A DNA stretch of 64,000 bases, from contig CAXXFL010000002.1 of the NCBI GenBank assembly GCA_963674965.2, positions 160,001-224,000 on the forward strand. Direction: 5' to 3'. Within the stretch, counting starts at the first letter, position 1; each line of letters opens with the position of its first letter. The notes under the pieces were generated by a model. That model did not search any database and was not told the origin of the DNA. It saw nothing but the letters and a program-made list of their open reading frames with translations. This document shows, piece by piece, positions 56,674-64,000 of this stretch. Origin of the DNA: a bacterium. Its GTDB lineage: Bacteria > RBG-13-61-14 > DATKZS01. The position numbers were made by a program, and so were the translations under genes.

Positions 56674-57063
56674 CTATTCATCTTCCATCTTCTCCCGCAA
56701 GGCCTCGATGATTTTTTTCTTCACGTCCTTGCGACGGATAATCGGACCCAAAGAGGGCACTTCCTCCATGGCCTCCCAGAGGACCTTCAGCTCGGTCATG
56801 GGTCCCGCGTCCTCCCCCTTGTCCGACTGGGCCAGGATGCGCATCTGGACCTCGATGGACTTGAGGGCGATCTGGGAGAGCTTGATCCTGTCGGCGCCTG
56901 TTTTGTCCTCGTCCTTTTCCGACATCAGTTCCTTGATGCTTATCATTTTCACGCCCTGGGTCTCGATGAACAGGTCTTCCAATTTGGCGGAACGCCTATC
57001 GAGTTTCGCCTTGGAACGAGCCGGTTTTTTTAGCCTTGCCGTCTTTTTTACCGTCTTTTTCAT
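56674..57063 (-). CDS. Hypothetical helical protein with a basic N-terminus (possible terminase small subunit)
   Basis: AAGGAGG RBS; same strand as terL; function suggested by context only. Confidence 0.7.
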   Translation of the reverse strand: MKKTVKKTARLKKPARSKAKLDRRSAKLEDLFIETQGVKMISIKELMSEKDEDKTGADRIKLSQIALKSIEVQMRILAQSDKGEDAGPMTELKVLWEAMEEVPSLGPIIRRKDVKKKIIEALREKMEDE

Positions 57064-57110
57064 GGTCCCTCCTTTGCCATTTTCAAGAAGCGCCGATTTC
57101 GGGTGGCCAC

Positions 57111-57152
57111 AGCCTTGCTAATTGCCTTGGTTTTAGCTTGGCAAATTGCCTT
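57111..57152. promoter_or_regulatory. Tandem 18-bp repeat with a palindromic core (candidate operator pair)
   Basis: AGCCTTGCTAATTGCCTT and AGCTTGGCAAATTGCCTT, 15/18 identical, 24-bp period. Confidence 0.45.
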
Positions 57153-57528
57153 CCTACTATAGGGAATTGGGGCGCACCAGAGATTACTTTTTTACATCAT
57201 CATATTGGTGGAAGTTGCTCGAATTACCTGAACCGAGTGGTACATCCTATGGCCCATCATGGAAAAAGGCTTGTAAATCAGCGGTTTACGATTGACTGAT
57301 ATTTACCGACATTTTAAATGGCGGACTTTGGCGCAAAATGGCATTATATTGCTTATATGTCTGGAATTGTTGCATAATATTAAATATGTACTTATATATC
57401 ACAGATCGGTTGCACGAGCTTTATCCATTCCAATATTTAATGGCGTCAAAAAATGATTTTTCAGGTCCCGGGCCAATTGTCAATATATCTCTTCGATTTT
57501 AATAGAGAAATATTTTTTATTGTCAAAG

Positions 57529-57545
57529 TTGGCCCGCGAATTGCT
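57529..57545 (+). promoter_or_regulatory. Candidate sigma54 promoter
   Basis: TTGGCCCGCGAATTGCT has the GG-N10-GC spacing; lies 35 nt before the ATG at 57580. Confidence 0.5.
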
Positions 57546-57579
57546 ATTTAGGCGTGTATAATATGAAAGGAGCGATAAA

Positions 57580-57849
57580 ATGGAACGGTCCCGTAAAGTA
57601 AGAATAGTTATGATGAGTTCCGACGTGATGAAGCTTTATGACGTCATGGGTACCCGAGACGACTTCGAGTTTCAGCCCATCACCTTCTACGATCCCCAGG
57701 AATGCCTGGACATGCTCATCGACGTCGACCCCGAGGAAGAGGACTATGGCGGGTCGATCGAGAGGACCAACGCCGAGAAACTGGAAAAGCAGTGGGGCGA
57801 ACTCGAGCTTCGGCTTTCCTTCTTCACCGACGCCCAAAGGTGGCAGTAA
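57580..57849 (+). CDS. Small acidic hypothetical protein (89 aa)
   Basis: AAGGAG RBS; host-like codon usage. Confidence 0.65.
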   Translation: MERSRKVRIVMMSSDVMKLYDVMGTRDDFEFQPITFYDPQECLDMLIDVDPEEEDYGGSIERTNAEKLEKQWGELELRLSFFTDAQRWQ

Positions 57850-58162
57850 TTGGATCGGCCGACCCCGTTCGCGGCCATGCGGCCTTTCGGACCGAGCTTC
57901 GGCCCGAAGCCGGAGCCCATCGCTCAGATATTGCCCCAGCCCGACAATTCCCGGCGCCGTTATATCAATCCGTTCTAATTTACCCGACATAACCGATCCC
58001 TTGTCCGTCCGAAGCGAAGCCGTACCTTGCCCGGAGTGAGGCCTCCCGATTTCCGCCGGCGTGACACTAACCGCAAAATATGATACCCTGTATAAATATA
58101 AACGGAGGCGCCGTGCCCTTATGCCGGGACCCTGGGCCGCCGCGATCTCCGGGGATTGAAAA

Positions 58163-58699
58163 ATGAAGATTGGAGTCATATCGGATACCCACGTGTCGGG
58201 CGCAAGCCTTCACCCCAAGAAACTCGCCAGCCGCGTCATCAATAAAGTGAACGAGTCGGCCTCCGTCCTGTGCGAAACCGTGCGGCCCTACTTCGGCGAC
58301 GTGGACCTGATCCTTCACGCCGGCGACTTCGTGTGCATCGACGTGATGACGGCCCTCGAGGAGTTCGCTCCCGTCGAGGCGGTGGCCGGAAACATGGACC
58401 CCTACGAGATCAGCTCGAGGCTCGAGACCAAAAGGGTGGTGAGCGCGGGCGGCATGAAGATCGGCATGATGCACGGGTGGGGCCCTCCCGCCGGGCTCGA
58501 GAAGAAAATCAGGAAACACTTCGACGACGTGGACCTGATCGTTTTCGGACACACCCATTACCCCTTTGATAAAGAGGTGGCCGGCGTCCATATGTTCAAC
58601 CCCGGCTCTCCCACCGACCGAAGATGGGCCCCCTCCCACTCGATAGGAATCATCGAGGTGGACAAGGAATTGAAGACCAGCCACGTTCAACTGGACTGA
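58163..58699 (+). CDS. YfcE/MJ0936-family metallophosphoesterase
   Basis: ISDTH, HAGD, AGNMD, HG, FGHTH, FNPGS. Confidence 0.9.
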   Translation: MKIGVISDTHVSGASLHPKKLASRVINKVNESASVLCETVRPYFGDVDLILHAGDFVCIDVMTALEEFAPVEAVAGNMDPYEISSRLETKRVVSAGGMKIGMMHGWGPPAGLEKKIRKHFDDVDLIVFGHTHYPFDKEVAGVHMFNPGSPTDRRWAPSHSIGIIEVDKELKTSHVQLD

Positions 58700-58712
58700 A
58701 AATTTTCGCCTG

Positions 58713-58736
58713 GGCCCTTTTTCTGGGCCTTTTTTC
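58713..58736 (+). terminator. Possible intrinsic terminator
   Basis: GGCCC-loop-GGGCC followed by a T tract. Confidence 0.45.
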
Positions 58737-58768
58737 ATTCGGGGATTTCTCTTGCCGGCATATTTCTC

Positions 58769-58802
58769 TTGACAACGCTTCTTTTAGTTAGTATTAACTA
58801 AA
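58769..58802 (+). promoter_or_regulatory. Promoter with an overlapping palindromic TetR-type operator
   Basis: TTGACA at 58769; perfect inverted repeat TTTAGTTA-GTAT-TAACTAAA at 58783-58802. Confidence 0.65.
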
Positions 58803-58858
58803 TAGACCGGCGGGTATATCCTATTCGCCGGTCTTAAAGGAAGGAGAAAAGGCGGCGC

Positions 58859-59494
58859 ATGGCGAAAAACCGGATGAAGGCCGAGGACAGGAGGCGGGAG
58901 ATACTCGAGGCGGCGGTGAGGACCATCGCGGCCAACAACTTCGAGAAGGCCACCACCGCCATGATCGCGAGGGAGGCGGGGGTCACGGAGCCGCTTATCT
59001 ATCACCACTTCAAGAACAAGCGGGGCCTGCAACTGGCGGTGCTGGAGGCGGTCAAGGAGAACGTGCTCTCCAGGTCCGAGGAGATGAAGGAACTGGATTC
59101 CGTCTCCATGAGCCGTCTTCGCTCTTACGGCAAACAAAGGCAGCGCGAGATAAGGCGCAACCCGGAGCACGTCAAGATCATGATCAAGGCCCTGGCGGTG
59201 GAGGACAAGAAGATCAAGGAGAAGGCCTGGGAGATCATGGAGTCGGGCCAGTCGCTGGTCCGGATGCTTCTCTCGAGGGCGGTCCGGCAAGGCGAGTTGG
59301 ACGACAAGGTGGACGTCGAGATGGGCGCCTGGCTGATCGTCGCCTGGGCCGGGCTATTATCCATCGTCAATATCCTGGGCAAGGCCGAACGGATTCCGGA
59401 GGAGCGGATCGACCGGTTCGTCGCCCTGATGGACTCGTACATGACCCTGGGCATGGCGCCCGAGGGCAAAAGCGCGTCCACAAGAAAGAAGTAA
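58859..59494 (+). CDS. TetR/AcrR-family transcriptional regulator
   Basis: RREILEAA...IAREAGVTEPLIYHHFKNK. Confidence 0.92.
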   Translation: MAKNRMKAEDRRREILEAAVRTIAANNFEKATTAMIAREAGVTEPLIYHHFKNKRGLQLAVLEAVKENVLSRSEEMKELDSVSMSRLRSYGKQRQREIRRNPEHVKIMIKALAVEDKKIKEKAWEIMESGQSLVRMLLSRAVRQGELDDKVDVEMGAWLIVAWAGLLSIVNILGKAERIPEERIDRFVALMDSYMTLGMAPEGKSASTRKK

Positions 59495-59514
59495 TTATCG
59501 CCAATGAGGAGGGA

Positions 59515-60990
59515 TTGATGAAAAAAACGTTTTTAGTTTTCGGAGCGGGCGCGGCGGTCGGCGTTTTCCTGGCCCTGGCGGCGGGGTGTCTTTCCTCGAA
59601 AAAGGGCGGACCCATAATCAGGGAACCGGACAGGCCGGGAGAGTCCACCCTCGAGTACGAGCCGCCGGGACCGCCCCAGATACCCTCGGAGATGGTGACC
59701 AACTACCTTCCCATGATCAGGCGCATGATAAGCCCCACGGTCAAGGAGGTCGCGGACGACGTGTTCCTGGCCATGGGCTATGGGCTGGGCAACGTCATCG
59801 TTATCGTCACGGACGAGGGTCTGGTCGCGCTCGACTCGAGCGACTCGCAACAGGTGGCGAGCGAGATCATGCGGGACATGAGGAAACAAAGGAAGATAGG
59901 GGACAAGCCGGTCAAATACCTCATCTATACCCACTTCCATCCCGACCATACCAACGGGTCGCGCTCGATCTGCCAGGAGGGGACCGAGGTCATAGCCGCG
60001 GAGGAGTTCCTCTACTGGATCGACTATCAGAACCGCTTCCTGGCCGAGCATCACCAGCGGGCCAGGACCAACCAGTCGGGGGGCGCCGCCCCGGACTATG
60101 CCTTCGAGATTCCCCTTCTCGGGCAAAGCCCGGTCAGGATCGACCGCGACAAGGCCCCGGACGTGGTCATGCCCACCATCACCTTCAAGGAGAAGTACGC
60201 CTTTACATGCGGGGGCAAGAAGTTCGAGCTTTACCACGCGCCGGGCGAGACGGAGGACCACCTTATCGTCTGGATGCCGGAGGAGAGGATCGTGTTTCCC
60301 GCGGACCTTTATTACCACTCCTTCCCCAACCTCTCGACGCCCATGCTCGAGAGCCGGCCGGTTCGGGGCTGGATTAACTCCCTGGAAAAAATCATGGCCC
60401 TCCGGCCGCGCCTGATGGTCCCCCACCACACCTGGCCCATCGAGGGGGAGGACGAGGTAATGGAACACCTCACCAATTACCGCGACGCGGTGAAGCTCGT
60501 GCACGACGAGACGGTGCGCTGCATCAACGAGGGCAAGACGGTTGACGAGGCGGTCAAGGAGGTCGCGCTTCCCGAGCGGCTGGCCTCGCTTCCCTACTTA
60601 AAGGAGAACTACGGCCGGGTCGAGTGGTCTGTCCGCGGCATCTACCACGGCTATAAGGGCTGGTACGACGGGACGGGCTCGACCCTTTATCCTCTCCCGC
60701 CGGAGTACGCGGCCCGGGAGCTGATCGAGCTGAGCGGGGGAGCGAACCACGTGTTAAAGCGGGCCATCGAGCTTCAAAGGCAAGGCGAGCATCAGCTTTG
60801 CATGGAGCTTTGCGACGTGGTGATCAAGGCCAACCCGAGGGACTCGCTGGCGCACAGGGTCAAGGCCGAGTCTCTGCATCAGAACGCTTACGTTTACGCC
60901 AACCTCAACACCTTCGGGTTCTTCCGCTCCGCCTATTCCCTGGAGATGAAGGCGGCCGAGGAGGGAGAAAAGGTATCCAGACTGGACTGA
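59515..60990 (+). CDS. Alkyl/aryl sulfatase (SdsA-like MBL-fold) lipoprotein
   Basis: Lipobox LAAGC; THFHPDH, PGET, dimerisation-domain YGRVEW...YKGWYDG. Confidence 0.85.
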   Translation: MMKKTFLVFGAGAAVGVFLALAAGCLSSKKGGPIIREPDRPGESTLEYEPPGPPQIPSEMVTNYLPMIRRMISPTVKEVADDVFLAMGYGLGNVIVIVTDEGLVALDSSDSQQVASEIMRDMRKQRKIGDKPVKYLIYTHFHPDHTNGSRSICQEGTEVIAAEEFLYWIDYQNRFLAEHHQRARTNQSGGAAPDYAFEIPLLGQSPVRIDRDKAPDVVMPTITFKEKYAFTCGGKKFELYHAPGETEDHLIVWMPEERIVFPADLYYHSFPNLSTPMLESRPVRGWINSLEKIMALRPRLMVPHHTWPIEGEDEVMEHLTNYRDAVKLVHDETVRCINEGKTVDEAVKEVALPERLASLPYLKENYGRVEWSVRGIYHGYKGWYDGTGSTLYPLPPEYAARELIELSGGANHVLKRAIELQRQGEHQLCMELCDVVIKANPRDSLAHRVKAESLHQNAYVYANLNTFGFFRSAYSLEMKAAEEGEKVSRLD

Positions 60991-61012
60991 CTAACGCGAG
61001 GGGGAAGGGACA

Positions 61013-63733
61013 ATGAAAGAGAATCGCAAAAAGGACAATAACGCTGAGCCGGTTTTAAAGGGACCGAAAGGTCAAGGCGCGGGTTTTTCCCGGCGCGTGT
61101 TCATCAACCGGGGCCTGGCCACGGCCGGAGGGGCGGCGATCCTGGCCAACGCCAAGAGCTGGCCGGCCTGGGCCGACGTGATGGAGTTCGAGGGGACCCA
61201 CACGAGGATGGGCCAATTGGCCTATGACCCCGAGACCAAGAGCACCTGGCAAAGCTACGTGAAGATCGAGGTCGAGGTCGAGGAGATAGACACTGAATGG
61301 GGACCGACCAAGGCGACCTCCGCCTCGGACTCGGTGATGGTCAAAGGCAAGGAGGGCCGCGGGTACGGCTCGCCCGTGAATCTGAGCTCGGGCCTTGCCC
61401 ACGCCAAGCTCGAGCCCCGCCTGGACGCGAGGGCCGGCCGAGTAGCCGTGGTCTGGTGCGGCTCGGACCCGGATACGAGAGAGTGGAGCGTTCACGCGTC
61501 CTATTTTGACGACCAGGGCTGGACCGGTCCCATGGAGGTCGCCGGCGGCATGGCGCTTCATCCGGACGTGGCCCTGGACCCCGCCTCCGGCCGGGCCTTT
61601 GTGGCCTACGAGGACTGGAAGGACAAGTCCATCAAGCTCGCGGCCTTTGACGGAAAGAAATGGGGGACCCCGGTGAAGATCAGTGAGGCCGGCTATAATT
61701 ATCGTCCCCATTTGATCGTGACCGACGGAAGCGGCAAGCACGGCGGGAAAATAGCGGTGGTATGGGACTCCTACCGGGACCTCCAGTACGATATCCATAT
61801 GCGGCTAATAAGCCAGGACGGAAGCATGGGCGAGGAGATGAGGGTCACCAGGTGCGCCCGCTGGGACTCGATGGCCGACGTTATCGAGGACAAGGACCAC
61901 AACATCTGGGTGGCCTGGGTGAGGGCCTCGAACGAGCTCAGCGAGTTTAACGCCATGCGCAACGTGCACGCCAGGTTCTGGGACGGCGAGCGCTGGCTTG
62001 TCCCGTCCGTTCCCGAGAAGCTCTATAACGGCTCGGAATTTATCCATCCCACCTACCTGAGCGACCATGGCGCCAAGGACAATAAAGAGTTGAGAAGGGC
62101 CCTTGGCGGAGAGGGCCGCGAGGAGGGAGACGGCCGCGTTTCCTGGTATTCCGTCTGCTGGTTCCCCACCCTCCAGGTGGACGACAAAAACAGGGTTTAC
62201 GTTTTCTATCGAGAGTCGGACCCGCTTATTTTTCCGCTTTACTCTCACCTTGACTACCGGGTCTACGAGGGCGACAAGTGGAGCGGTCCCCGGCGCCTCA
62301 AGCTGGGCAGGGGCGCCAACATCACCAGGATGATGTGGGGGCTGTCCGTCGCCGTCAAGGCAAAGGAGATCGAGGCCATCTGGGAACAAGGCTTCGTGAA
62401 CAATCCGCGCGTGATCAAGCGGGCGCCCAGGAAACTTTTAGCCGGTCTTTCCGGTCCCATGTTCCATCCCTGGGGAGAGGATAGCGAGGAGACCCTCTAT
62501 CCCGGCTGGAAGCCAAGGGAAACCATGAGGCCAGCGCCGGAGATGGAGGTGGACGGCGAGCGGCATTTCCTCATCTTCGGCGACACTCACGCCCATTCCT
62601 GGACAAGCGACGGGGCGGACCCCGCGGATTACTACTACCATTACGCCCGGGACTTCGCCCGGCTCGATTACTTCGGTCTTTCGGACCACGACTTCCGTAT
62701 TTCCAATACCCCCGGCATCGAGGCTTATATCGCCTTTTTGCCGAAGGTCTTCTCGGAGGACGACTTCATCTGCTTCCAGGGTTACGAGTTCACCTCGGGG
62801 GCGAAGGGGCACCGGTGCGTGGTCTTCGAGGGAGACGACAAGCCCACCTTGCCCCACCGCGTTTTCACTCCCGGCAAGGGGGACAAGGTCGTCAGCGTGG
62901 GGGACCTGAGCGGCTTTATCCACAAATTCGGACTCTCGCCCGACTCGAGGGTCATGGTCAGCGCCCATAACATGTTCGACCTGGGAAACGACTTCACCGA
63001 GTACGACGAGTCCATCGAGCCTCTCTACGACGTCATGAGCCAGCATATAGCGGCGGAGAAGACGCTCGAGGAGTACGTCAAGGAGGGAGTGATAGGCTCG
63101 GCCGGGTCCAAGGCCGCCAGCGTGCTTATGAAACTGAACCAGGTTGTCTCGGGAGACGCCGTAACCCGGGACCCGGCGAACGGTTGGTACTCGTGCTGGA
63201 GGCACTGTCTGGACGCCTCCCTTCCGCTGGGGGCCTACGGCAACTCGGATACCCACGCGGTGTGCGGCCTGGGCTGGATCACCAGCGGGCTGTGGGTCCG
63301 GGCCAAAAACCGGAAGGCCATTTTCGACGCCATGTTCGAGAGGCGCTCGATCGCGCTTGACAACCTGGTCCGTAACTTCGACGTGTTCAACACCTTCCCC
63401 TTCCGCGAGGAAAGGGTCAAGGACACGCCCGTCCTTCGCATGGACGTCCGTTTCTGGGCGGACGATCACTTCATGGGGGCCAGGCCCAAACTGGCCGAGG
63501 CCCCCCTGCTTCGGGCCAGCGTGAAGGGCCATAACCCGGACGACGCGGTCAGGAGCGTAACCTTCGTCAAGAACGGTCGCGAGGTCCACGTGGCGCGTGG
63601 AGGCGGCGATTCGTCCCTCCAGGCCTCGTGGAAGGACGACCACTTCCTGGCGGGAAAAAATTACTATTACGCCCGGGTCGAGTTCGAGAGCGGCAACCAG
63701 GGTTACTCTTCGCCCGTGTTCGTTAACTACTGA
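61013..63733 (+). CDS. Tat-exported protein with a beta-propeller-like N-terminus and a PHP-type (CehA/McbA, DUF3604-like) metallohydrolase domain
   Basis: SRRVFI twin-arginine signal; GDTHAHS..SDG, SDHD, GYEF..GHR, NSDTH; YYYARVE...SSPVFV terminus. Confidence 0.78.
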   Translation: MKENRKKDNNAEPVLKGPKGQGAGFSRRVFINRGLATAGGAAILANAKSWPAWADVMEFEGTHTRMGQLAYDPETKSTWQSYVKIEVEVEEIDTEWGPTKATSASDSVMVKGKEGRGYGSPVNLSSGLAHAKLEPRLDARAGRVAVVWCGSDPDTREWSVHASYFDDQGWTGPMEVAGGMALHPDVALDPASGRAFVAYEDWKDKSIKLAAFDGKKWGTPVKISEAGYNYRPHLIVTDGSGKHGGKIAVVWDSYRDLQYDIHMRLISQDGSMGEEMRVTRCARWDSMADVIEDKDHNIWVAWVRASNELSEFNAMRNVHARFWDGERWLVPSVPEKLYNGSEFIHPTYLSDHGAKDNKELRRALGGEGREEGDGRVSWYSVCWFPTLQVDDKNRVYVFYRESDPLIFPLYSHLDYRVYEGDKWSGPRRLKLGRGANITRMMWGLSVAVKAKEIEAIWEQGFVNNPRVIKRAPRKLLAGLSGPMFHPWGEDSEETLYPGWKPRETMRPAPEMEVDGERHFLIFGDTHAHSWTSDGADPADYYYHYARDFARLDYFGLSDHDFRISNTPGIEAYIAFLPKVFSEDDFICFQGYEFTSGAKGHRCVVFEGDDKPTLPHRVFTPGKGDKVVSVGDLSGFIHKFGLSPDSRVMVSAHNMFDLGNDFTEYDESIEPLYDVMSQHIAAEKTLEEYVKEGVIGSAGSKAASVLMKLNQVVSGDAVTRDPANGWYSCWRHCLDASLPLGAYGNSDTHAVCGLGWITSGLWVRAKNRKAIFDAMFERRSIALDNLVRNFDVFNTFPFREERVKDTPVLRMDVRFWADDHFMGARPKLAEAPLLRASVKGHNPDDAVRSVTFVKNGREVHVARGGGDSSLQASWKDDHFLAGKNYYYARVEFESGNQGYSSPVFVNY

Positions 63734-63756
63734 AGCCGGGACCCGAGGGAGGAAGG

Positions 63757-64000
63757 ATGAAGACTTTAAGGGGAAAGGTCGTCGCCCTCACCGGCGCGGC
63801 CTCGGGTATTGGAAGGTGTCTGGCCGTCGAGTTGGCCGGACAGGGCGCTCATCTGGCCCTGGCGGACGTGAACGAGGAGGGACTTCTCAATACGCTAAAA
63901 ATGATTGAGGACAGGGGCGTCAAGGTGACCACTCACCTGGTGGACGTGGCCGACCGGGCCCGTGTATTCGAGTACGCGGAGGAGGCCGCGGCGGCCCACG
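63757..64000 (+). CDS. SDR family oxidoreductase (5' part, runs off the window)
   Basis: MKTLRGKVVALTGAASGIG...LALADVN; GGAGG RBS. Confidence 0.85.
   Translation, partial: MKTLRGKVVALTGAASGIGRCLAVELAGQGAHLALADVNEEGLLNTLKMIEDRGVKVTTHLVDVADRARVFEYAEEAAAAH

Noticed and set aside
52156-57063. Complete prophage
   Set aside because: No integrase, portal, capsid, tail or lysis genes, and no flanking att-like direct repeats seen
57368-57395. dif/Xer site (TTGTTGCATAA-TATTAA-ATATGTACTTA)
   Set aside because: The left arm is plausible but the right arm matches TTATGTTAAAT poorly; likely chance in an AT-rich region

Overview
A 64-kb, GC-rich bacterial chromosomal window. The gene content points to an anaerobic deltaproteobacterium-like organism (carD, MshEN-domain protein, DsrMK-like pair, Rrf2, PAS kinases); this is inference. 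Housekeeping genes include the TIGR03960/TIGR03936 radical SAM fusion, rng, carD, der and ilvE. Accessory content includes a 1509-aa Ca-binding repeat surface lipoprotein, a lipid/steroid-type beta-oxidation operon, a class D beta-lactamase homologue, two GT-C membrane proteins, haloalkane dehalogenase, alkyl sulfatase and an internally deleted IS4 element. Two unrelated families of short palindromic dispersed repeats (MITE/REP-like) are present. The most unusual locus is 52.1-57.9 kb. It holds an apparently intact terminase large subunit with a ParB-like protein, a Trm1/TcmP-like methyltransferase, a divergently transcribed HTH-fused spore-photoproduct-lyase-like radical SAM enzyme and two small orphans. 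No portal, capsid, tail or integrase gene lies nearby, so it is a candidate domesticated phage-derived DNA-modification/packaging module. No rRNA, tRNA or CRISPR array was recognised. All calls come from reading motifs by eye; no database searches were run.
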